Assembly (NCBI GenBank): GCA_046597055.1
Contig: JBKJLC010000244.1
Span: forward strand, 1 to 64,000
DNA length: 64,000 bases
Source: Kofleriaceae bacterium
Lineage (GTDB): Bacteria > Myxococcota_A > Polyangia > Haliangiales > Haliangiaceae
Direction: 5' to 3'
Positions 1 to 14,908 of the stretch are shown here, piece after piece. The notes below the pieces were generated by a model, which was given only the letters and a program-made list of their open reading frames with translations, was not told the DNA's origin and searched no databases. Every line of letters begins with the position of its first letter. The first letter of the stretch is position 1. The translations under genes and the position numbers were made by a program.

Positions 1-1690
1 TGACCGTCAGCGTGTATTGCCGGCGGAACACGACCGCGACGTTGCGGGTCTGGTTCATCAGGACGGAGCAGGTCCGCGCGCCGGGGGCGCAGGTCCCGCC
101 GGGGCTCCACGAGAAGACCTCCCAGCCGGCGTCGGGCTCGGCCTCGAGCTGGACCGTCGTGCTGACCGGGTAGGTCTCCATGCAGTCGGGATTGCCGTTG
201 CCGCACAGGATCCCCGGGGTCGACGAGGTCACCGTGCCGGAACCGGTGGTCGCCACGGTCAGCGTGAAGACCTGCGTGAACGTGGCGCCGACGTTGGTGA
301 GCCCCTGGGTCAGCGCGACCGAGCACACCGGGGATGGGTTGGCGGCGGCGCAGGCGCCGGTCCAGGCGCCGAAGATCCAGCCCGCGTCCGCGGTGGCCGT
401 GAGCGAGACGGGGGTCTGGGTGAACGTTCCGGTCTGCGTCGTGCAGCCGGTGCCACAGTCGATGCCGGCCGGTGTCGACGCGATGGTGCCCGCCCCGGTC
501 TTCGTCGTGCTGACGCGGGCCGAGCCGGTGCCGGTTACCGGGACCGAGGCGGCGGTCATCGCGACCGTGTCGCGCACCGTGATGGTCGCCGGGATCGACC
601 CGACCGCGCCGGGCGCGAACCGCACGCCGACGTCACACGTCATGTTCGCACCGAGCGCGATCCCGTTGCAGGTGCCTGACGGGGTCGTATAGCTACCGCC
701 GCCGCCGCCGATCGCCACGCTGAGCGCCCCCGTCGGCGCGCCGCCGGTGTTCCGGAGCCGGATCGTGGTCGGCGTCGAGCTCGCGCCGGTGCCGATCTCG
801 CGGGTCCCGAAGTCGATCGAGCCGTTCGCGGGAAGCTCGACGACGAGCGTGCCCTGCGTCAGGCCGTCGCCCGTGAGCGGCACGTTGACGCTGTTGCCGG
901 GGCTCGCGGACACGGTCAACGCGGAGGTCCGCGTGGCTGCCGTCGTCGGCCGGAAGCGGACTTGAACGACGCAGGTGTTCTGGAAAGCCAGCCGGGCGTC
1001 AGCGCAGTCGTTCGCCATCCCGGTCGGCACCACCTGGAACTCGCCAGGGTTGGGCGCTCCGAGCATCACCGCGATGACGCCGGTCTGCTGTTCGCCGCTG
1101 TTCCGGACCACGAGGCTCAGCAGGTTGGACGCCTGGCCGGTCACGATGTCACCGAAGTCATACGCCCCCTGGGTCGTCGCGAGTGCCGCGGGCGTGAGCG
1201 CGTCGCCCGACAGCGTGACGGAGACGCTCCCGCCGGGGGCCGCCGTCACCTCGAGGCGCGCGGTGGGCGCGCCATCGACCGTCGGCATGAACCCGACCTG
1301 GGCCACACACGTCGCGCCGCCCGCGAGCGTCGCGCCCTGGCAGTCACTGGTGTCGCCGGTGGGGACGATCCGGAACTCGCCCGGCGTCGCGCCCGCGAGC
1401 TGGAGCATCAACGCCCCGGTGGCCTCCTCGCCGGTATTGCGGACCGTCACCTGGAGGACCGGTGACTGCGCGCCGATCACAATGGGGCTGAAGGCGTGCG
1501 GGCCCTGCGTCAGCGCCAGCGCCGCGGGGCCGAGCGGGGCGGCATCCGGGTCTGGCGCATCTGTCGCCGTGGCCGCATCTTCCAAGGCCGAGGCGTCGGA
1601 CGCGTCGATCTCGAACGGCGGCGGCTCGGGAAACTTGCAGGCGGCGAGCAGGATCAGGATCGCGGTGGCAGAACGTAGTGGCCCGTGCAT
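1..1690 (-). CDS. Surface lipoprotein with three Ig-like (choice-of-anchor D/ASH-type) repeats followed by divergent InlB B-type repeats; 3' end runs off the window
   Basis: Manual translation from ATG at 1690 gives MHGPLRSATAILILLAAC (lipobox). Three repeats follow the pattern 'DFG...VRNTG...C.G..L....TC...V.F.P'. Then come 'GTVTS.P.GI.CG...C...V.L.A.PDAGW.F..W.G.C' repeats. Not in the ORF track because there is no stop inside the window. Confidence 0.85.
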   Translation of the reverse strand, partial: MHGPLRSATAILILLAACKFPEPPPFEIDASDASALEDAATATDAPDPDAAPLGPAALALTQGPHAFSPIVIGAQSPVLQVTVRNTGEEATGALMLQLAGATPGEFRIVPTGDTSDCQGATLAGGATCVAQVGFMPTVDGAPTARLEVTAAPGGSVSVTLSGDALTPAALATTQGAYDFGDIVTGQASNLLSLVVRNSGEQQTGVIAVMLGAPNPGEFQVVPTGMANDCADARLAFQNTCVVQVRFRPTTAATRTSALTVSASPGNSVNVPLTGDGLTQGTLVVELPANGSIDFGTREIGTGASSTPTTIRLRNTGGAPTGALSVAIGGGGGSYTTPSGTCNGIALGANMTCDVGVRFAPGAVGSIPATITVRDTVAMTAASVPVTGTGSARVSTTKTGAGTIASTPAGIDCGTGCTTQTGTFTQTPVSLTATADAGWIFGAWTGACAAANPSPVCSVALTQGLTNVGATFTQVFTLTVATTGSGTVTSSTPGILCGNGNPDCMETYPVSTTVQLEAEPDAGWEVFSWSPGGTCAPGARTCSVLMNQTRNVAVVFRRQYTLTV

Positions 1691-2052
1691 GAGTGCGCCA
1701 CGGTACCATTGCCAGCCCCGCTGTTGCCGGCCGATGTGATGGGGGACGGCACTCCCGACCGACTCGAACTGGGATCGCTCTCTGGGCATGCCGGCGCTGT
1801 CGTCCACGTCGCGCCACGGTTGTGTGCGATCTTGAGGATCCGCAGAGGGGCCGGGCGGGCCGGGCGGTGGACTCGACGCCCCGACGCCATCAGCCCGAGT
1901 CGGCTCGGCGCGGCACCCGGGCCGCCACCGCATGGTCAGTGGACGACTGCGGGCCCGTCGGTCTGTCCGGCCGGCGTGGCCGGATACCGGACGTTGCCGG
2001 ACACGGGTGGCCGGGGGCCGGACAGGGCGGCGTGATTTCAGGTCGTTGCGCC

Positions 2053-2068
2053 TGGCATCGCAGGTGCT
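2053..2068 (+). promoter_or_regulatory. sigma54 -24/-12 promoter upstream of the FHA-EBP gene
   Basis: TGGCATCGCAGGTGCT has exact GG-N10-GC spacing and is close to the TGGCAC-N5-TTGCW consensus; it lies about 70 bp before the ATG at 2138. Confidence 0.65.
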
Positions 2069-2137
2069 CTGGGAAACGACATGTCCGCACGCAACCAGCC
2101 GGAGCCGCGTGCGATAGGGCGCGCGAGGAGAGGTGAC

Positions 2138-3529
2138 ATGACCTATGGAGGCAAGAACGAAGCGGGACCGCCGACCCACGGCATGGCTCCCAGACGCGGA
2201 TTGTTGGAGGTGGTTGCCCTGCGCGACCAGAAGACCGGGGAGGAGATCGCGATCGTCGAGGCGAGGCGATACGTGATCGGCCAGAGTCCGAGCTGCGATG
2301 TGGTGGTATCGGACCCGTGCGTGTCGCGGACCCACTGCGTGATCGAGCGGCGCGACGGCGGCGTGTACGTGCGTGACAAGGACAGCCGCAATGGCACCTT
2401 CATCAATGACCGGCGGGTCGAGTGCGGCGAGCTGACGCCGGGCATCGAGCTGGGGATCGGCACGACGCGCTATCTGGTGCTCGGGCCGCGGGTTGGCACC
2501 GAGCGCAGCGCGTTCGCACGGTTGATCGGCCAGGACCGCACGTTGCGCCAGGCGATCGAGCAGTCGCGGCGGGCGGCGCTCACCGATGTCAGCGTGCTGG
2601 TCGTCGGTGAGACCGGGACCGGCAAGGAGCTCGTGGCCCAGGCCATCCACGAGGCGTCCTCCCGGGCCCGGGGTCCGTTCATCCCGCTCAACTGCGGCGC
2701 GATCCCGCGCGAGCTGATCGGGTCGGAGCTGTACGGGCATGAACGCGGGGCCTTCACCGGCGCGGCCACTGACCGCGATGGCGTGTTCGCCCAGGCCGAT
2801 CGCGGCACGCTGTTCCTGGACGAGCTCGGGGAGCTGCCGCTCGAGCAGCAGCCACACCTGCTGCGCGTGCTCGAGACCCGGCGGGTCAGGCGGGTCGGCG
2901 GTGCCCACGAGCGTGCCGTCGACGTCCGGGTGGTCGCCGCGACCAACCGCATGAGCGGTCTGGGTACCGAGCGCGGTAGCCTGCGGGTCGATCTCTATCA
3001 TCGCGTCGCGACCGTGCTGATCCAGCTGCCGCCGCTGCGCGACCGACTCGACGACCTCGACGAGCTGTGCGCGGAGATCCTGGGCGATCTGGCCGGAAGC
3101 CACGGTCACCGCGAGCTATCGGACGCGGCGCGGGGCGCGCTGCGCGCGCACACCTGGCCGGGCAACGTGCGTGAGCTCCGCCAGGCGCTCATGCGCGCGC
3201 ACGCCTTCTCGAACGACGTCATCGAGCCCGAACACCTGTTTCCGCCGTCGATCCGGCGGCCGACCCCGACCGGCGTGCCGGTGCTCGCGCCGGGGTCCGT
3301 GCCGGTGCCCGCACTGGCGGGGATGACGGCCGGGGCGGTCGACCTCGCGGCGATGATCGACGTGCCGCGCTACGACGCCGTCGTCCGCGACATCATGCAG
3401 CAGTCGCTCGCTCGCCACGGCACCATCCGCGCGGCGGCCGGTGCGCTGGGGATGCCCAAGTCGACGTTCGCCGAGCGCGCGAAGCGGCTGGGCCTGCCGG
3501 TGCCGGTGCGGGTTCGCGGCCGGCGCTGA
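2138..3529 (+). CDS. sigma54-dependent enhancer-binding protein (FHA - AAA+ - HTH)
   Basis: N-terminal FHA (IGQSPSCD...VSRTH...SRNGT), Walker A GETGTGKE, GAFTGA loop, Walker B LFLDE, WPGNVREL and a C-terminal HTH. The ATG at 2138 is preceded by GAGGAGAGG; the ORF track starts at 2081. Confidence 0.95.
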   Translation: MTYGGKNEAGPPTHGMAPRRGLLEVVALRDQKTGEEIAIVEARRYVIGQSPSCDVVVSDPCVSRTHCVIERRDGGVYVRDKDSRNGTFINDRRVECGELTPGIELGIGTTRYLVLGPRVGTERSAFARLIGQDRTLRQAIEQSRRAALTDVSVLVVGETGTGKELVAQAIHEASSRARGPFIPLNCGAIPRELIGSELYGHERGAFTGAATDRDGVFAQADRGTLFLDELGELPLEQQPHLLRVLETRRVRRVGGAHERAVDVRVVAATNRMSGLGTERGSLRVDLYHRVATVLIQLPPLRDRLDDLDELCAEILGDLAGSHGHRELSDAARGALRAHTWPGNVRELRQALMRAHAFSNDVIEPEHLFPPSIRRPTPTGVPVLAPGSVPVPALAGMTAGAVDLAAMIDVPRYDAVVRDIMQQSLARHGTIRAAAGALGMPKSTFAERAKRLGLPVPVRVRGRR

Positions 3530-3820
3530 CCGGCGCGCGGGCCAACGGAGTAGGTGCAGGGGACGCCGTCGCGTTCGGTCCCGGAAGTCGAACGCGCCGA
3601 GCCGGGTCGCGGCCACCGCGTCCGCGATGTGGCGGCAACGGGCCAGGGATCGAGCCCGTGCCTCGAGCCGGATTGCGCACCGTCTGCCTGGGACAGGCCG
3701 GGAACGGTTGTCCCCAGCATCTGCCCACGACGCTTGCCAGACCCCGGCGCAGCTGGGGTCATTTGACCTTGCCCCGACCGTAGCTCCTTGTCACCGCTGG
3801 CTCCGTCCGTTGGTCGGTGC

Positions 3821-3836
3821 TGGCACGTCTGCTGCT
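3821..3836 (+). promoter_or_regulatory. sigma54 -24/-12 promoter upstream of the AgmX/PglI-type gene
   Basis: TGGCACGTCTGCTGCT has a perfect TGGCACG -24 element and GG-N10-GC spacing, followed by an AGGAGG RBS and the ATG at 3861. Confidence 0.8.
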
Positions 3837-3860
3837 CATGTCCCGACTCAGGAGGCCACG

Positions 3861-4472
3861 ATGACCCGCAGTGCTCTCACCATTTCCACGCTCGCGACAT
3901 GCCTGCTCGGGGCGGCCTCCGCCATCGCCGAGACCCACGAGGCCGCCGTCGTCGCCGCGACGACCGAGCTGCCGACGGCGCCGGTCGATACCCTCGGACT
4001 CCCGAGCGACATCGTCATCGCGCCGCGCGCGACCGCAGCGCGGGCCGGGCGCACCAGCCGGACCCCGAAGCGGGTCCGGTCGGCGGACACGGGGCTTGAC
4101 CGTGGGGCGACCTTCGAGCTCGACCGGCTCGACCGCGGTGACCGCAACAGCGCGAGTCCGCGGGTCGACAGCGAGCTGCGCATGACCGGTGTCACGGTGT
4201 CGGCGGCCGCGGTGGGTGTGGTGATCCGTGAGCACATGGGCGAGCTCGAGTACTGCATGACCCGCCTGCCGAAGGGCGCGCGGGACGGGGCGGTGGGCCT
4301 GGCGCTCACCATCGAGCCGCGCGGCAACGTCTCGGCGGCGCGCCTGGTCGGCGGCCCGCAGGCGCCCGCCTTCACCCAGTGCGTGGTCGGGCAGGCCCGG
4401 CGGTGGAGCTTTCCGGCCGGCGACGTCACGACCGAGCTCGAGTACCCGATCATGCTGAACGGGCAACGTTGA
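3861..4472 (+). CDS. Exported protein with AgmX/PglI-type (TonB-C-like) C-terminal domain
   Basis: AGGAGG RBS and signal peptide MTRSALTISTLATCLLGAASAIA. The C-terminus VIREHMGELEYC...LTIEPRGNV...CVVGQARRWSFP...LEYPI is typical of myxobacterial AgmX/PglI C-terminal domains. Confidence 0.8.
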   Translation: MTRSALTISTLATCLLGAASAIAETHEAAVVAATTELPTAPVDTLGLPSDIVIAPRATAARAGRTSRTPKRVRSADTGLDRGATFELDRLDRGDRNSASPRVDSELRMTGVTVSAAAVGVVIREHMGELEYCMTRLPKGARDGAVGLALTIEPRGNVSAARLVGGPQAPAFTQCVVGQARRWSFPAGDVTTELEYPIMLNGQR

Positions 4473-4572
4473 CCAGCCCGGCACGCTGACTACCCCGCCA
4501 CCACCCGCGCCCGTCGCGATGATCCAACCGCCCCCGTCACGCCCACGCTATACCGTTCGAAGGAGTTCGTAG

Positions 4573-4719
4573 ATGAAGGCAATCGCTTCCGCCGCTGTCG
4601 CGCTTCTCCTCGGGGTTGCTGCCCTGACGTTGGCGCATCCCGGCCGCAGCGCGCCGCCGTCTCCGGCGGCGTCCAGTCTGGTCGTGCCGCCGGCGGTCGC
4701 GGGCCTCGCCGTTCGCTGA
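4573..4719 (+). CDS. Putative 48-aa exported/membrane small protein (not in ORF track)
   Basis: AAGGAG RBS 7 nt before the ATG. Translation MKAIASAAVALLLGVAALTLAHPGRSAPPSPAASSLVVPPAVAGLAVR has a signal-peptide-like N-terminus. Confidence 0.55.
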   Translation: MKAIASAAVALLLGVAALTLAHPGRSAPPSPAASSLVVPPAVAGLAVR

Positions 4720-4876
4720 CGGGCTCACTGGTTCCGCCGCCCGCGCTGCAGGGGGCCGATCGCACGCGGCGACCGCCGTGCGCGCGGCGGCGCCAGGTCC
4801 GTCCGCCGCCGGTACCGGGCGTGCAGCACCCGCGCGGGCGCTGGTCGGCTGACCGCGAACGGCCCGGTGCCGGCGG

Positions 4877-7615
<2,739 letters not shown>

Positions 7616-7845
7616 GCGGTCTCCTGCGGCACCCTCGATGCCGCGGCGCGGCTCGCTCGGGGCGAACGGGGTCTCTGGCGGGCGGACAGTAACAGATCCA
7701 AGAAGTCTTCCCGGGCGTTGCACGGTGACCATGCCGGTCCGCGAGCCATCGGTCCAATGGAAGATTTGGATGAGCACCATCCGTGTGGCTGATGGCGGCT
7801 CGTTGGTAGACCCGGTCCACGGGTCGAGCGTGTGAAGCAGCACCC

Positions 7846-11028
<3,183 letters not shown>

Positions 11029-11055
11029 CGCCGGCGCGGGCCCGCCGGACGCCGG

Positions 11056-11652
11056 CTACGACCAGCCGGTCCAGTAGAAGATGATCGCGTTGTACTTGTT
11101 GTCGCGGTGCGCGAGGTCGAGCGCCGCCGGGATCGCGGTGCGGTCGCGGGCGCCATTCTTGGTGCCCGGCCACGGGTCGACCATGATCAGCTCTTCGTCC
11201 TGCTTGGGATCGAGGCGATCGACGGTGACGGCGACGGCGTGGAAGATGTCTTCGCTCTCGGTCGGGTGGAGCCGCTTGTGGGTCGTCGGGATCAGGGCCC
11301 CGCGGTATCCGACGCCGGCCTTCACCCAGTCCAGCACGGTGGCGGTCGGCTCGGCGACCCGGCGCGCGTTGAGCCGGTACCCGAGCTCCTGGAGGTCGGC
11401 GACGTGGCCAGCGAACCAGCGCTGGACCGCGTCGATCGTGCCGCCAGTGATCGAGTGGTTCGACAGCTCGAAGAAGACGTACTCCTGGATCCCGGGCGCG
11501 TAGGCGCCCGCCCGGTACGCGATCCGTCGCAGGAGGTAGGCCGCGGCGGCACCCGCACACGCCGACGACGTGTGAACCACGGGGATGGTGACGCGGTAGT
11601 CCTCCGGCTTCTGGAGGACCACATCGTCGTCGCGGAGCCGGGTTTCGGCCAT
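11056..11652 (-). CDS. Hypothetical protein, probable papain-like/C39-like cysteine peptidase fold
   Basis: 198 aa with SSACAGAAAAYLL (Cys at a helix start), FHAVAV (His) and IMVDPW (Asp) in the order seen in C39-like peptidases. Confidence 0.65.
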   Translation of the reverse strand: MAETRLRDDDVVLQKPEDYRVTIPVVHTSSACAGAAAAYLLRRIAYRAGAYAPGIQEYVFFELSNHSITGGTIDAVQRWFAGHVADLQELGYRLNARRVAEPTATVLDWVKAGVGYRGALIPTTHKRLHPTESEDIFHAVAVTVDRLDPKQDEELIMVDPWPGTKNGARDRTAIPAALDLAHRDNKYNAIIFYWTGWS

Positions 11653-11793
11653 GGGCTGAGCGAGGTTACACGAAGCGTCGGGAGAGTTGTCCCGGGAGGC
11701 GAGAAACCGCGCGCTCAGAGTACGAGAGTGCCGACCTCTACCTTCCCGTCTGTCGATCAAGTCGGGACGCGGGCCGTGTGGGCCCGTGAATGG

Positions 11794-11835
11794 TTGACAC
11801 TGTGTCAGGTATCTATAACCTGACACGCTGTCAGG
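11794..11835 (+). promoter_or_regulatory. sigma70-type promoter overlapped by two palindromic TetR operators
   Basis: -35 TTGACA (11794-11799), 16-bp spacer, -10 TAACCT (11816-11821). Palindromes TGACAC-T-GTGTCA (11795-11807) and CCTGACA-CGC-TGTCAGG (11819-11835) end directly at the TetR ATG. Confidence 0.8.
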
Positions 11836-12474
11836 ATGTCTCGAACCGTCGACACCGAGCGCCGCACCGAACTCGCTCAGCGGGCGCTCGAGGTGCTGCG
11901 CGCGCGCGGGATCGGCCGCACGACGATGAGCGAGCTGGCCAAGGCCCTCGGCCTCAAGCGGCCGACGCTCTACTTCTACTTCCGCGATCTCACCGCGCTG
12001 CTGCACGCCGCGGTCGAGGACGTGTACGTCGCGTACCTCGCCCACGTCACCGCGCGGGTCGCCGGGATCGATCATCCGATCATCGCGCTCGGCGAGCTCG
12101 CGCGCGCGACCGTCGAGTTCCAGCGCGGCCGGCGCGACCTGATCGTGCTGCTGTTCCAGCTGTGGGCCGCCGGTGATGCCGAGCCCGAGGCGTTGCTGGC
12201 ACGCAGCCGCGCGGTCGGTGAGCCGCTGCGCGCCGAGCTGGTCGGCCGGGTCGCGGCCGGGGTCGCGCGCGGCGTGGTCGCCCCGTGTGATCCGGCGCGG
12301 ATCGTCGACCTGGTGCTGACCGTGCTCGACGGCGCGATCGTGCAGGAGGTCACGCGGGGGGCGTCGGGGGCGCCGGTGATCGACGAGCTGTGGGAGCGCG
12401 TGCTCGCGCCGCTGGTGCGGCCCGAGCCACCAGGACCGAGCGGACCAAGCGAACGAAGGAGCAAGCCAAGATGA
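11836..12474 (+). CDS. TetR/AcrR family transcriptional regulator
   Basis: N-terminal HTH GIGRTTMSELAKALGLKRPTLYFYF; 212 aa. Confidence 0.95.
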   Translation: MSRTVDTERRTELAQRALEVLRARGIGRTTMSELAKALGLKRPTLYFYFRDLTALLHAAVEDVYVAYLAHVTARVAGIDHPIIALGELARATVEFQRGRRDLIVLLFQLWAAGDAEPEALLARSRAVGEPLRAELVGRVAAGVARGVVAPCDPARIVDLVLTVLDGAIVQEVTRGASGAPVIDELWERVLAPLVRPEPPGPSGPSERRSKPR

Positions 12475-14192
12475 ACCCGACCAAGCCTCTGTGGATCGCG
12501 CGGCTCGCAGGCGATCAGGTCGCGATGGGGCGCCAGCACGGCGCGCTGCTGGCGGCGGCCGGCGGCGCCGACGCCGTCCTCGATCACTACCGCGACCTGC
12601 CGGCCAAGATGCTGCTCGGCGACGTGCCGGCGGCGATGCGGCCCGCGGCGAGCGCTACCATGCGCGCGGTGTCGGCCGCGCTGTTGCGCCGGCTGGCGGC
12701 CGCGCGCCCGACCGAGCTGTCGGCGCGCAGCCGCGCGTTCCTCGAGGGCCTGGGTCGCCCGGTGAGCTGGACGCGCTACCTGGGCGTGATGGATCTGTTC
12801 CAGAACTACGTCGGGCTGGCCGCGCGCTGGCGGCTCGGGCCGTTCGCACGTCCGGCCGGGGCGCTGATGGCGGCGGCGGCCCAGCCGGCATGCTCGACGG
12901 TGATGGCGTGGGGCGCCGCGACCGCCGACGGGCGGCTCGCGCACGCGCGCAACTTCGACTTCCCCGGCATCGGCGTGTGGGACGCGGGGCCGGCGGTGGT
13001 GCTGTGCACGCCGGATCACGGCCAGCGCTACGGCTTCGTCACCACCCGCGGCGCCGACACGCCGGTGGTGACGGTGTGGAACGAGGCCGGGCTGGTGATC
13101 ACGTCGCACACCCGCTTCCACCGCGAGGTCGGGTTCGGCGGCGCCAGCATCGTCGACCTGGTGCACGACCTCGGCCGCCGCGCCGAGACCCTGGCCGACG
13201 CCGAGCGCATCGCGCGCGAGCGGCCGGTCGCGTCGACCTGGGGGCTGGCGGTGTCGTCGGCGCGCGAGCAGCGCGCGATCGTCCTCGAGATCCATGCCAC
13301 GCGGGTCGCGGTGGTCGAGGCGGCGGGCGATCACGTGATCTGCTGCAACCGCTACCGCGATCGCACGATGCAGGACGGCGAGGTGACGATGACGCCAGCA
13401 TGGGCGCTGCACAGCGACCGGCGCGAGCGGCGGCTGGCCACGCTGGTCGCGGCCGCCAAGGCCCGCGGCGGCGCGGGCCCGCTCGACCTCGCCGCGATGA
13501 TGGTCGACCGCGAGGACGACGACGCGCCCGGCGTGCGACGGCAGCTGGGCGCGGTGGTCGCACAGCCGTGTCAGGTGCAGAGCATCGTCGTCGTGCCCGA
13601 GGCGCGCGCGCTGTGGCTCGGCGTCGGCGCCGCGCCGGTCGGGGAGGGGCGCTGGCTGCGGGTCGACTGGAGCTGGGACGGCCAGCCGGGTGCGTGGGAG
13701 CTGGGGACCCCGGCGCCCGCCGGCCTCGGCATCACGGTGACCGACGACGGCGAACTGCCGCGGTCGGCTGGCTCGGACGCGACCGCCGCCGCGCTGACGA
13801 TCGAGCAGTCGACCCACGACGACGACGCGAGCGCTGCGGCGCTCGACCGCGCGATCGCGGCGGCGCCGAGCGACCCGTCGCTGCGCCTGGCCCAGCTGTG
13901 GGTCGAGATGCGGCGCGGCGGCTGGGCCCGCGGCGCCGACCATGCCGCCGCCGGGCTGGCCCTCGAGACCCTGCCGTACCGGCGCGGCCAGCTGCTGCTG
14001 TGGGGCTCGCGGGCCGCGGCCGCCGCCGGCCAGACCGCGCGCGTCGGCATCTGGCGGGCCGAGCTCGGCACGCTGCGCGGCGCCGGTGTGCCGTACCTGC
14101 AGGCGCTCGGACGGGTCGATGAGACCCGGTCGGTGGCGGCATTCCGGCGCCGACCGGCGGCCAACCTGTTCATGCTCGAGGCCGGTTACTGA
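12471..14192 (+). CDS. C45 family autoproteolytic acyltransferase/hydrolase (Ntn fold) with C-terminal TPR-like region
   Basis: ACSTVMAWGAATADGRLAHARNFDF (Ntn cysteine nucleophile) and WNEAGL; AAGGAG RBS; ATGA overlap with tetR. Confidence 0.88.
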   Translation: MNPTKPLWIARLAGDQVAMGRQHGALLAAAGGADAVLDHYRDLPAKMLLGDVPAAMRPAASATMRAVSAALLRRLAAARPTELSARSRAFLEGLGRPVSWTRYLGVMDLFQNYVGLAARWRLGPFARPAGALMAAAAQPACSTVMAWGAATADGRLAHARNFDFPGIGVWDAGPAVVLCTPDHGQRYGFVTTRGADTPVVTVWNEAGLVITSHTRFHREVGFGGASIVDLVHDLGRRAETLADAERIARERPVASTWGLAVSSAREQRAIVLEIHATRVAVVEAAGDHVICCNRYRDRTMQDGEVTMTPAWALHSDRRERRLATLVAAAKARGGAGPLDLAAMMVDREDDDAPGVRRQLGAVVAQPCQVQSIVVVPEARALWLGVGAAPVGEGRWLRVDWSWDGQPGAWELGTPAPAGLGITVTDDGELPRSAGSDATAAALTIEQSTHDDDASAAALDRAIAAAPSDPSLRLAQLWVEMRRGGWARGADHAAAGLALETLPYRRGQLLLWGSRAAAAAGQTARVGIWRAELGTLRGAGVPYLQALGRVDETRSVAAFRRRPAANLFMLEAGY

Positions 14193-14291
14193 CGATCGGA
14201 GGGCGGCCTCGTTCGAAGCCGTCGATCGGTCGGCCCCGGCCTGGCGACCGGGCCGCGATCGGTACGAGCCGCGTCGCCCCGCTCCGCTCGA

Positions 14292-14894
14292 TCAGTCCGT
14301 GGGCGGGTCGGCGGCCATGCGCTCCTTGAGGCGGCGCTTGATGTGCTCGAAGCGCTTGCGCAGGGTCGCCTCGCGGCGGGTCAGCGCGGCGGCGTCGAGC
14401 TCCTCGTCGGACAGCACCAGCGCGATGTCGCGCCACGGCAGCTGGCGGTCGATGCGCAGGATCAGGATCGACCGATCGTCGGGATCGAGGCTGTCGCGGG
14501 CCAGCGCGAGCCGATCCTTGACCTCGGTGCGCAGGTACTCGACGGTCGCGGTCCGCACCTGATCGGCGAGGTCGCCGAGCTCGCCCGGCAGCTGGAGCCG
14601 GCGTTCGCGCCGGCGATCGCCGCGGCGGCGCCGCGCGGCCGCGTGGCGCGCCACCGTGTAGACCCAGGTCCGCGCGGTCGACGCGAAGCGGAACTTGGGC
14701 AGGCCGCGCCACAGGTCCTCGCAGAAGGTCGCGAACGCCTCGCCGAGCTGGTCGTCGTTGCCCCGGACCATCGCTGCCAGGAACGAGGTCACCTCGGGGC
14801 CGTAGCCACGCACGATCGCGTCGGCCGCGGCCGCGTGGTCGCCGCGGTCGCAGCTCGCCTTGATGCGCGCCTCCAGGGCGTCGCGGTCGGTCAC
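14292..14894 (-). CDS. ECF sigma-70 factor
   Basis: sigma2 (LWRGLPKFRFASTARTWVYTVARH) and sigma4 (LDPDDRSILILRIDRQLPWRDIA); 200 aa. Confidence 0.9.
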   Translation of the reverse strand: MTDRDALEARIKASCDRGDHAAAADAIVRGYGPEVTSFLAAMVRGNDDQLGEAFATFCEDLWRGLPKFRFASTARTWVYTVARHAAARRRRGDRRRERRLQLPGELGDLADQVRTATVEYLRTEVKDRLALARDSLDPDDRSILILRIDRQLPWRDIALVLSDEELDAAALTRREATLRKRFEHIKRRLKERMAADPPTD

Positions 14895-14908
14895 CCCGCG
14901 AGTCTACG

